A stretch of DNA of 52,256 bases, the filler included, from Trypethelium eluteriae (lineage: Eukaryota): assembly GCA_051942245.1 (NCBI GenBank). It is 2 parts of 2 records of this genome, joined end to end, with 100 filler letters (N's around TTAATTAATTAA, not from the genome) between each part and the next. Parts side by side here need not be neighbours in the genome. Positions count along the whole stretch, not along the records: positions 1 to 26,140 come from JAVECL010000360.1; positions 26,241 to 52,256 come from JAVECL010000361.1. One strand, written 5' to 3'. Both the position numbers and the translations under genes were made by a program. Positions 23,302-34,189 of the stretch are shown piece by piece. Position 1 is the first letter of the stretch. Every line of letters starts with the position of its first letter. Below the pieces are notes generated by a model, which worked only from the letters and a program-made list of their open reading frames with translations, did no database searches and was not told the origin of the DNA.

Positions 23302-24795
23302 ATGTCTGATTTGGACATACCCCGATGTACGGAGCGGTGTTCCCAACTCAATCATAGAGACTCTCAGCCGCCATCAAGTTATTGGGATAAACTGTCCAAG
23401 ATCTGGCTCACCAAACATGCATTGCAAGAGTTGAACCGCAGAAACAACAGATCTGACATCCACCCTTCACCGTATCGACGATTTCGTCGGCCTCTCACTC
23501 GAAGCCTTCTTACCAAGTGGACCTCAGGCCGGCAGTTCGTATCTGAGATATTGGACGGATACTCAAAGGACGATTTGGAGGAGCTTAAACGGTTTTCCAG
23601 ACTGGGTGGACCAGACACGTCTGATCTGAGAGGAGTATGAATACCCAGATGTCGTTAATATGTAAATGCTAATCTACTCTAGTATCCAGAACCTATCAAC
23701 CCTCTTGAACACTCTACAATGCCGCCGACAAACCGTCTATCCGTCTCGAAAAATAAAAACGCTACCAGTACGGCAAAGACGAAAAGCACCGGCCCCTATT
23801 CTCGTAACTTTGAACAGATCCTTGTTGACCATGGGATTTTCCCACCCCTGTACAAATATCCAGATGGTCGAAGGCCTGAGAAACCGAAGAATATAGAAGA
23901 GATCAAAAAGAGAGCAGAACAACGTCGATCTTCTCTTTCGCCATCTCGATATACAGATGAGGAGTTCGAAGAGTTTCAGTATCTCACAACAAAGTCATCA
24001 AACGAGGACCACATTTCAAGGAACGTAGTCAATACCATTGAAGGCAGTACCCAAGAGACCTATACTTTTTCTACTAAAGTCAAGTTTGCGAACCTTCAAA
24101 GTCTGATCGATTATCCTCTCACACCGGGCAATCCTGACCTATATGATGGCGCACCTCCCGAGCAGCTTGATCGTCGAGTGCGGGACAGGCTCTACGGGAC
24201 AATCATTCCTTCAACCCTAGAAACACATCCCATTGTACCGAACTTTTTTCTTCATTTAAAGGGTTCCGACGGTACCATACGGGTAGCACAACGACAGTGT
24301 GTTTATGACGGCGCATTAGGTGAAAGAGGGCAGCATCAGCTTCGCTCATATGGGACAAACGAAGCAAATTTCGACAACAACGCGCACACCATTACGTCAG
24401 TCTATCTCCACACCATGCTTTCAATTTATACTGTCTACACTACCCAATCAAGTAATCGGCAAGAGTATTACACGTACCCCATTGGTTCTTGGGCAATGGC
24501 CGGGGACATTGAGACCTTCCGAAGAGGGGCAGCCGCATTCAGGAACCTACGAGACTGGGCTAAGGAGCAAAGGGATGAGGCAATTGGATTGGCAAATAGC
24601 ATCGCAGACCAAAGCGAGAGTGAAAACAATCCGAGTCAAAAGGGTGCAGAGCCAGCTTTGACTTCTAGTTCATTATCACGTGCGCCGAGCGAGAGTGCCG
24701 ACTCAGACAGTGGCCAATTTCCTTCCCGAGCAGAGTGTCCTTCTCCAGCGTCGAATTCTCATCGCCCCTCAAAACGCGTCAAAACCAAGCGATAA
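23302..24795 (+). CDS. Uncharacterised fungal protein with PD-(D/E)xK-like nuclease motif pattern, 2 exons
   Basis: Intron 23635-23682 (GTATGA..GCTAAT..TAG) joins the two ORFs in frame (LRG|YPEP). Motifs WDKLSKIWLT, GGPDxSDLRG, NPDLYDGA, PNFFLHLKG, RQCVYDGALG. Confidence 0.75.
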
Positions 24796-25609
24796 AGCGA
24801 CTTTTTAGTGGTTAATAGAGTTGAGGAGGTGCGCTACCAGAATCTCTGTGAGCGTGCAATCTTCGGTCACGTAATGCAGTAGATCATCACCTGTTGGTTC
24901 GTACAAAGCCCCACCTCTGTAGGTAAATCCACAAGTTTTCACCAAATATTTCAATCTCTAATACGCTCGGTCCAAGAGAGAAGGCAAGAAAGAGGAGGCA
25001 TCCGTCGATATCGCTTCCGCGACTTTGGATCGAGTTGTCGTAGACCAGGCGACCCTGTGCCTACGGCCCAAGCTAAGCTCTATTCAAGCACTGACTGAGC
25101 CAGACTGAGCGCAGCAAGGCTGAGCCAAGGTTGACCGGGCCATGATTTTGCTGCTAACCTTACCCAGCGTAGGTAGGTAGCTGGGTATATGGCGACGTCA
25201 TTGATGGTGCACGAAGAAAGTCAATACTATCACGTAGAGTAATCGCTAGCAGCTCGGATAAGAAGAGGTATATATATATAGATCCTCACCTCCTTAGCTA
25301 GTTCTACAAGCCTTCACCACCTTTTTGATCAACATCTTCTTTGCTCAAACATCAGCAGTCATTGTGCAGGTAAACATAGGACTGTTCAAGCTATGAGTAT
25401 AGAGTAGAAAACCATACCTAGTCCTTTCTTATTACCGTCACTGCTTTAAGGTAATAAGTCCGACTAAGCTAAACAGGCGCTGGCATAAAGTGTGCTTTCT
25501 GGTATAGCTGAATTATTCCGTGCCCGGGCAGATTACAGTGATGTTCCCGCACTGCTCTCTAGCGTTATGTACGCGGAGAACGTTTTATTGAAGAGAAGGC
25601 CCTTATTAA

Positions 25610-25739
25610 ATTGTTCTCTCGATCGGTTCCACTGCCAAGCGCCAGCTGCACACACACTCTCATCCTGTTGTATTTGTTTTTTTATCATCTCATAACTAGT
25701 AAAATTCTTAGGAAAGGGCTTAAATCATTGGTGGTTCAA
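25610..25739 (+). repeat. Degenerate direct repeat, copy B (matches 20166-20290)
   Basis: Same alignment as copy A; both copies end in TTCAA. Confidence 0.8.
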
Positions 25740-26112
25740 CACCGAGTCACATGCCCTTATACGTGCAGGACTTGCTCTGGCTTCAATTATTGGTGGATGC
25801 TCGCACGGTAAGGTTGCCAGGAGACCCATTGATGTCCATCGGTTTCTCTAGGTAGTTGAATCGGTGGTCGTGGTCTAGGATATCAAAGCAATACACAGTG
25901 TCTCGTCCTTCACCGAATCACAGTGTCGCTCTCATCCACTCCGTGCAAACTCTCCAGGATCTTACTACCCCCAAGTAACCCCTGTCTACTTCTTCCACCT
26001 ATTTCTTTCGAACCCTTCGGCTCACACCACACTTCATGGAACTTGATGCTCGCATCACTCGTCGCCACGACCACACACCCCTCACTCCTCGTCCCCCTTC
26101 CCCAGATATCAC

Positions 26113-26140
26113 CCTCCTTCCCCTTCCCCTTCCCCTTTCC
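26113..26140 (+). repeat. (CCCCTT)n-like low-complexity tract at the contig end
   Basis: cctccttccccttccccttcccctttcc runs into the N gap. Confidence 0.7.
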
Positions 26141-26240
26141 NNNNNNNNNNNNNNNNNNNNNNNNNNNNNNNNNNNNNNNNNNNNTTAATTAATTAANNNN
26201 NNNNNNNNNNNNNNNNNNNNNNNNNNNNNNNNNNNNNNNN
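26141..26240. other. Artificial scaffold linker N44-TTAATTAATTAA-N44
   Basis: Exactly 100 nt, symmetric, with a palindromic core giving stops in all six frames. Confidence 0.95.
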
Positions 26241-26429
26241 GTGATGTTGTTCATGAAGTAGATCCAATCAACATAGCCTCGGAGGTGGTGTTTACCACAT
26301 CTCACGCGCGCTCGGATCCCTTCATGTAGATCCTTACGCCCTGTAGTTATTAGTTCATTTTCCTTCGCCCTCACCTAGATAGGGAGGTCTATATAGCAGC
26401 CTGCACCTCGGGCGACCTAGATAGGTCAA

Positions 26430-27889
26430 TTGAGTTCTTTCCTCCGATTCAGTTGTTTGTTACAACATCACCTATTCTTCCAGGCCGGCAAACAGATGAA
26501 ACAGCAGACGCGTCTCAAAGGCATTAGGGACCTCTACGAAACCTACGGCGATACTTTCGAGACCAACTCCTTTGGTTCCACGATAATCAACACCATCGAC
26601 CCTGCTAACATCCAAACGTTCCTCTCCCTCGAGTTCTCTAGATATGTACTTGAACCAATTCGATTCCCAGTCGCTTCGCCTATCATGGGTCACAGTATAT
26701 TTACTACCGATGGCCATCTCTGGGAGAAGGCCCGCAGCGAGATCAAACCGGTATTTGCACGTGGTGAGATATCAAATATGGCCAGCCTTGAGTGGCATTT
26801 GGACAAGATGATAAAGAGATTACCCTTGGATGGATCGTTATTTGATATTGCACCTTTTGTGGACAATTTATATCTGGCCGACTCACTGGACTATCTATTT
26901 GCCCAGTCCATCATATTCCCGAAAACGGACCTCTCATCGCTGAATGTCCGCTTTTTGAAGTGTTTCCGAGCAAGTACTGCAGGAGCAGGAAGGCGTCATT
27001 TCTTCGGTAGGCTCAGATACGTCATCCCGGATCTGCCATTCAGGCAAGCATGCAAGGAGCTTCACGAGTTTGCAGATATGCATATCAATGCGGCTTTGGG
27101 GTATCTACATCAGGATTCGGACAGTTCTGCGGAATTGAAGACAGGGCGCTCCGCATTTCTGCTAGATCTTGCAAGGCAGACACAAGATAAGAGATATCTC
27201 AGGAACCAGCTGCTTGCGGTCTTCATGGCCGGCCATGACTCCATTGCCGTCCTGGTTGAAGATGCCATCTACGAGCTAGCTCGGCATCCCGAGGTATGGA
27301 GCCGGGCAAGAGCGGAAGCCTTGGCCCTCGCCGGGAAACCGTTGACCTTTGAGTCTGTTAGGTCGCAACAGTATCTATATCAAATCATCAAGGAAGGTTC
27401 GTCTTACGCTAGTTTCTCTTCGACGGTCAACCGTTGATCGAATCTAGATCTCTGTTAACATCTCCGAACTTAGTCTTACGCTTACATCCACTGTCACCAA
27501 CCTCGTCACGCATCGCTGTTGAGCCTACGATACTTCCGCGCGGCGGTAAAGGCAATAGACCTCTCTTAGTCCCCGCCGGAGCAACTGTCATGGTACACCG
27601 GCAACCGCTTCACGTAAATAAAGAGCGATACGGCGAAGATGCAGACGAATTCCGCCCGCAGCGGTGGCAGAAGCTCAAGCAAGGTTGGCATTACATGCCA
27701 TTCTCCGGCGGACCCAGAACATGTCCTGCGCAGGCTATGGCAATGGCCGAGGCGGCAGCGGTACTGACGAGATTATTGCAAGAAGTGGAAAAGATAAAGG
27801 GAGAGGGCGAATGGAAAGAAGGATGGGGCCTCGTTGTCCGCAACGTCGCTGGTGTTTGGGTTCGATTGACACCGTCGCAGGAGTACTAG
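26430..27889 (+). CDS. Cytochrome P450, CYP52-like; 5' end (membrane anchor) not found
   Basis: TIDPANIQ, IFTTDG..W, I-helix AGHDS, E|VLR across intron 27397-27473, FRPQRW, heme motif FSGGPRTCPA. No N-terminal TM exon found after the gap. Confidence 0.85.
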
Positions 27890-28508
27890 GCTGCACCACC
27901 ACATGAGGAAGGTAATGTATAATTTCAGCGTAGTCTTTTGGGTGTTCCACGAGAAGCAAAAGCTTGCGGCTTCATACAAGGAAACGAAAGCAAGAGTTTA
28001 CAGTCATGCAAAAAAAGTGTCCGCTCGCTGGCGCGGGAAAATTGCTGGGGGTTGGCCGGACACTAACACTTTTGTCCTAGTACTCTATTGTAGGAATGGA
28101 ATCGTGGTGGTGGACTATGCTGTTTTTGATAGAGTAGGGGTGAACACAATCGGCCCCCAAACTCTCGAAAAATTGCACCCATTCACGGTTTCAGCCTTGC
28201 GCTATTCGAATTCCTTTATTCCTTGCATTGACGCGACCCCGCCACAATGAGTCTAGAAATATATTATCCGCTCTTAGATCTCAATTTCTACAATGTTAGG
28301 GGAACTTTTCTCTCCCAAACATCCCCATGGCGAACACCTCAGATAATGCTAGAGGAAGCCCAGCGTTGCAAGTCCGCCTTAAATCGATGTATCACAGAGT
28401 TGCCACTGCAGAAGGAGCTGTGGGACAGTATGTTTCCCACACGGCTGACAGACACCTTCAGCCTCACAGCTGCAGCAACATGGTGCTGACGCATCTAGAT
28501 GCTCTGAC

Positions 28509-30859
28509 ATGGACGAACCAAGTCAAAGCAAGACTAACCCATCGTCTTTGCGATTCAAAAAGAAGATCCCGCAGGAAAAATTTCGACTCGTTTATGAAAA
28601 ATTTTTCAGCCGAATCACATTGAGAGGTTTCACCGATGGGAAAGGCTGGCGTCTCGGTATTCTGGCTGGATTCTGGACATCTCTTGTCGTTCTCCTCGGA
28701 AACCTGATTATTCTCCTGCTTGGAGCAGTTCAAAATGGAGGATATGTTGAAGGTATCGGTATCCTTAACTTCGGAGAGCACAACAAGATGGCCACCATCA
28801 GTACTGCATACCATATCCTTATAAACATCCTCAGCACTGCGTTGCTCACTTCAAGCAATTTTTGCATGCAGATACTATGCTCTCCAACAAGAGAAGAAGT
28901 CGATTATGCAAATGGTAAGGATAAATGGGTCTATATTGGCATATTAAGTCCCAGCAACTTGCGGTATATTAGCAAGAAAAGGCAAACCATGTGGTGGCTC
29001 CTCGCATTAAGCTCCCTGCCGCTACATCTTATGTGCGTCTCACGATCTCACAAGCTTTACTGCAGGCTCCGTGACGCTGATACATATTTACAGATACAAT
29101 TCATCCATATTCGAGGTTACTTTAGGGCAAGAATACGATGTGACGATTGCCAACGGATCAGACACAAATACTATTAACCAACTGGCCTCGGGAAACATGA
29201 AAAATCTAACTAATTCCGAGTGGACACAACTTTATGATACTCAGTATGTCCCAAATGGCGGGGATCTTATCCTCGTTGCCGATTACTTCTGGTTTGACGC
29301 CACGGTTCAGCAGGATATTGGAGCGGCCTCCGGCAACTGGATGCCGTCACCACCTCAAATTGGTGATGGTCCTATCTCGAACCTGAATGTCATTAGTATC
29401 GGACAGATGAACGGAACTGTTCAAGGAGTCTCTCAACCGATCCAAGCTTCCGTGGAATTCTTATTCAATGCGGATGGTACATTCGCCATTAACCTCACTC
29501 AGGCACAATACCGCCTGCTCGCCGATTTGACAGTCCGTCCCGACAGGAACAACAATGAGACTGCAGTTTCCTACAACTTCAATATCCCTACGACCACTCA
29601 TATTTCTCCTGCGAACGCCTCGTCGATTTTCAATATTGTGAGATTCATCAACAGGGAGACAAGCACGAGTTGGTGGTTGGAAAGCCCAGCCGTCACCATA
29701 AGCTACGGCCTGAGCCAGCAAATCAATGATGGCTCCCAGATTCAAATCAGCCGCACATTTATCCTTGTCGTTATTGGTTGCAATATTGTGAAAGTCGTCG
29801 TCATCTATCTAACATTAAGGCTGACTTCGAGGACATCCTTCCGACCCCTTATCACCGTCGGCGACGCTGTTGCTTCCTACCTTGAACATTCTGACCAAAG
29901 AACAGCGGGGGCTTGCCTGCATGATAAGGAATGGCTCTCAAGTACGAGATCTAAAGATTCTCTGCGATCGCCAAGAAGGTGGGAGCCACGAGTCCGTCTT
30001 CTAGGAAGCGCAGCAGTGGGAAATAGATTTCTCGTAGCTATAGGCATTATAATGTACGCCTAAGCACTCTTCCCCCATATTGATCTATTTGGCTGATTAA
30101 TTTAGCGCTGTATGCATTGGACTTTCCATATTAGCCCTCGCTATTGCCTTCCCGAACTCACATTCGGATGTTAATGCTCAAGAAGGTCTGATATGGGGAT
30201 CTGGCTCACAGCGCCATTTGAGTTTTGCCAAGAGCTCTTTCAACACCGCGGGCGTTCTATTCAATGCCTGGCTTGCTAACGCCCCCCAACTCCTGCTTTC
30301 CATGTCCTACATGGTGACCAACAGTCTCTGCACCTCTATGTCGGTTGCGCTCGAATGGGACCGGTATGCTTCGCAGCGTAAAGGGCTCCGTGTCACCGAT
30401 CCCGTGGGGAAACAACGCGGAACCTATTTCCTCCAGCTGCCTTACAGGCGTGCTGTTCCCCTCGTTGTAACTTCTGGCCTCTTGCATTGGCTCTTATCTC
30501 AAACGTTGTTCTTGGTCAGGCTGGATATCCGAGATCGTGCTGGCAACGTCATCACTTCCGAATCCAAGAGCACATGTGGCTATTCGCTTTTGAGTTTAGT
30601 GATCTTCATAGCTGTCTTCTTGTCATTGCAGCTCGTCGTTCTCACATTCATGCTCTGGCGCATAAAACCGAGGATGCCTGTTGCCGCCTGCTGCAGTCTG
30701 ATTATCAGTGCTGCGTGCCATCCGCCGGACAGCGAGCTTGACCCTCATCTGCAACCCGTACAGTGGGGTGTTGTTCCCGCAGCTTTTGGCACTATAGGGC
30801 ACTGTACTTTTAGTAGTGAGCCAGTGATGCCAGTGAGATCGGGATGTGAATATGCCTAA
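28509..30859 (+). CDS. Multi-pass membrane protein, DUF6536-like, 3 exons
   Basis: HILINILSTALLTSSNFCMQILCSPTREEVD, LSSLPLHL|YNS, LITVGDAVASYL, ANAPQLLLS, TYFLQLPYR, SLIISAACHP. Introns 29033-29093 and 30054-30105. Confidence 0.85.
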
Positions 30860-32867
30860 ATCCTTGTTTATAAAGTTCCAGCTTTACTCTCTATAGATTC
30901 AGGAGCCTACTAAAGTCTAGGAAAGGATCATCTAGTGATCGGTTAGATATGGATTTGATAGGTAAAGGTGTAGCCAGATTCTCAGCCGGAATCGAATCCG
31001 TCATTACCATTTGCGCAAAGGTCTGATCTTTGTGCTGGTACAATAGTGGCAAGGCTATAGCGTGCTGTAAGACTGAGGAAAGTGGAAAGCTGGATACTGA
31101 TCCATCCATAATGGACTGCCAAAAGGCCATCTGCAATTTTATGCATGCGGGTGTCACTTTGCCTGAGGTATGCCGGCCAGACGCGCTAGCCCGATTGGAA
31201 TTTCGGCATGAGGGTGGCCCTAGAATATGACCGTAAGCCATCAGCCGGCGGTCCGAAATCTTGCTCTTCCATTCACACCGCAATTGAGATCTCCATGCGG
31301 GTTTGAATGAGCTTGGTCCACAGGCACTCGGTATCAAAAGAGCAACAACCTGATTCAAGTGCCGGTCTCGCTCAAATGTGCTATCCTGAAATAGCTCATG
31401 CTTCAAACGTGTCAACAAGATCCCGTGCCAGCAGAAGCCCCTTCGTGTGGCGACTCCAATCTCTCTGCACGTATGGCTCCTGGTAGGCGAGCGGCGTTTG
31501 AAAAGCGATGATGCCCACCCGATGCTGCATAGGCGAGCTCATACACAAGTACGGTAACTCAGCTGCTGCTGCGAAGTCCAATTGTTTGTACGTAAGCAGT
31601 AAGCAAGATGAGCTAGCTTTCTTTGTTTTTCAACTCGACCGCACCGCACCAGTCGTTCATGCACTGACAGGATCGACACTCCGTCCGTATTCTCTCTGAC
31701 TTGGGCCTTTTCTTATGCATCGGCACCCCCCAAACTCTTCCGTAATTAAAATTACGTACATTGCTCAGCCCTACCATACCTCTCTCCAGCCAGTTCGCTA
31801 ACCCCCGGTGAGCTCCGGGGGCGAAACTGTGGGGAAAGCTCTGCTGAAATGTTCTATTCAGGACGGAGTACCCCGGCCAGGTATTTCACTGGTAGGTAGG
31901 TGTGCACTTGCTAGCTGAAGTGCAATATCTTTCTTCGTCTAGCTCCGTTAGTTGCCGGCTTTCTTAATAGCTATGTCACTCTGATCGACCCGCTGCAGTC
32001 CGCGCACTGGCCTAACGTACATCCAGATCCAAATTCAGAAAAGCAATTATTTGCGACGAGCAACATCCTGTGCTACCAGTTTCCGGTTTCCTAATTCTTC
32101 ACCAAGCGCCAATGATAGCAAGACCGAATTTACACAGTGTTTACTTCGGGTTACATGGACGCACATGAACCCCGTTCCGTAGTACCAGTCTCTTGTTACA
32201 CAGGCTTCTGAAGAGCTCTGGATCAATTCAAATTGGACGCCTTTCGTTTACCTTCGGGTCTCCTCTAAGCTGAGCTGATACTGCGCGGATTTGCCTTGGC
32301 CTCTGCACCGAATGGTATCCCTCTTTGACAGCCTTCTCCAGGTTTCTGGCTGACATCTGTCAGCTAGGCACTCTGCTGCAGGCAGACCTCAGATCTCCGG
32401 TCTGCTGATATCTGCATATGAGCGTGGTCGGAGCCATGATAGTAGCAGGCCCCGAAAAATCATTGGCTGGGCTATCCTAGAAAACAATACATCGATCTAA
32501 TATTTTCTCCACCGAGGATCGATCAGAACTTACGTCCCTTGGCTGGCTCTGTTTACTGCTTCGGTCTTGCTGTGCTTGGCCCCGACCAATCCAAGCTGCA
32601 GGCTCTACAAAGCGGCATGCTCTCAATACCTTCGGCACAGGGAGTGCAACCCTGCTGCCTTGTTAACGGAGATTAGCTCCGCCGATACTGAACGGTAGAG
32701 CCCAAAGAACTATTTAAACTCTCATCATGTTCTCTCGTGGGAAAGAAGCAGTAGGCAGCATCTTCCTCAATCGCTCAAGTTGATCAAAGCTCCTGCTTGA
32801 TAGCCTTCGCCTCTCTTTCGCTCAATAACTTCGTCAACCTCTTCATTGAAAGACAGGAGTTGCTATC

Positions 32868-33518
32868 ATGCAGTTCACCACGGGACTTGTTGCTCTTATT
32901 GCCTCCAGTGGCTTCGTTGCTGCCATGCCGGGTGGTAGTTCTAGCGGTTGGGGCTCTACTTTAACATCATCGTACTGGAGCTCTTCCACTTGTTCGGATG
33001 TCTATAAGACTGAAACTACCACCACTGAGGTGCCATATACGACATTTGTCACCACCACAGTCTACAAGCCGGAGACGAAGACAGAAGAGGTACCAACGAC
33101 AATTTACAAGACTTACTCAGGTAAATGGTCCTCTCATTCTTAAGGGCTTTGAAGCCTTCGTGAGCTAATGTTCATGCCAGTCACCGAAACTAAGTACTCT
33201 ACCTCTGTTGAGTACTCTACTGTCACCAAGCCCTACGTGGAGACTTCATGGAAGACAACATGCACAACGATTCCAGTGGTTGAAACATCATACAAGACCG
33301 AGACCGAAACTGTTCCAGAGACGATCCCGTATACCACTTGGGTTGCGGAGACCTCAACTATTACAACTGAGGTTCCCAAGACTTATGTAACTTCAACCCC
33401 TTACCCAGAGACACTGACCAAGACGGGTGAGAAGCCTGTGACGACTACGTTCGTCAAGACGGAGTCAACCTGTGCAACACAGACTGGCTGGACGACTTAT
33501 TCTCAGGGCGGCTGGTAG
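32868..33518 (+). CDS. Secreted Thr/Val/Tyr/Pro-rich repetitive protein, 2 exons
   Basis: Signal peptide MQFTTGLVALIASSGFVAA; intron 33121-33180 in frame; recurring (E)VP / PYTT / KTET units. Confidence 0.85.
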
Positions 33519-34189
33519 AGAAGAGCTGCGCGATAATCCTGCAGCTCTACGCGAGTCGTTGAAGAAGGGAATAATTGATCGAATTTATTCAGCACATAGA
33601 GTGCCTTCCACGCTCCTTATAATTTCAATGAGAGGAAACCGTCGAGAGGATCATCTGAAGATTTCTAGTTCTTCCAGATACGTAACCTAAAAAAACAAGC
33701 CAAGTATGAGCTACGACCAAAATGAGCAACCACAAGCTTGAACGCTTAGTCTTCCTTCCAGCCCTCCAATCATGAAGTGAATTAGCACAAAGGACGGGTC
33801 TTCCAATAACTCGTTCCATAATGTGATTGAGATTCATATTATTTGGCGCCAGGGACCACTCCAGTTTGGGATCACGTGAGTGAAACCGATTCGGATTCAT
33901 CATATCATCATCTTCCACGCCATCCTCTTTAGACACCTTGAGGAGCTCGTTGTGTCTACAGCGAATCACGAAAAAGACATTTGCAATATTCAGCTAGCAA
34001 TCGTAAGATGACAGTATGGTTGATCCGCGACAATCCACGGCCAGAGCGGCTTCATGTAAGGTGTACCTATCTACCCGCTGCGAAGATATTAGGTAGGTCC
34101 CGTCGCAAGGCTGGATGTAATGATTGAAGGGTGGGTCTCCACTTGTCAAATTCTGCTCCGCAAACGCATAAACCAGATCATTCTGTGTT

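Noticed and set aside
25036..25380. Possible solo LTR (TGTCGTAG start, CTGAGC repeats, (TA)6 box)
   Set aside because: No matching 3' terminus with a target-site duplication could be found.
18157..27889. RiPP/secondary-metabolite cluster (DUF3328 plus P450)
   Set aside because: No repeat-containing precursor, NRPS or PKS is visible, and the P450 lies across an artificial contig linker.
30891..31581. Minus-strand ORFs of 175 and 61 aa
   Set aside because: No motif, non-ATG start for the longer ORF, and no convincing splice model.
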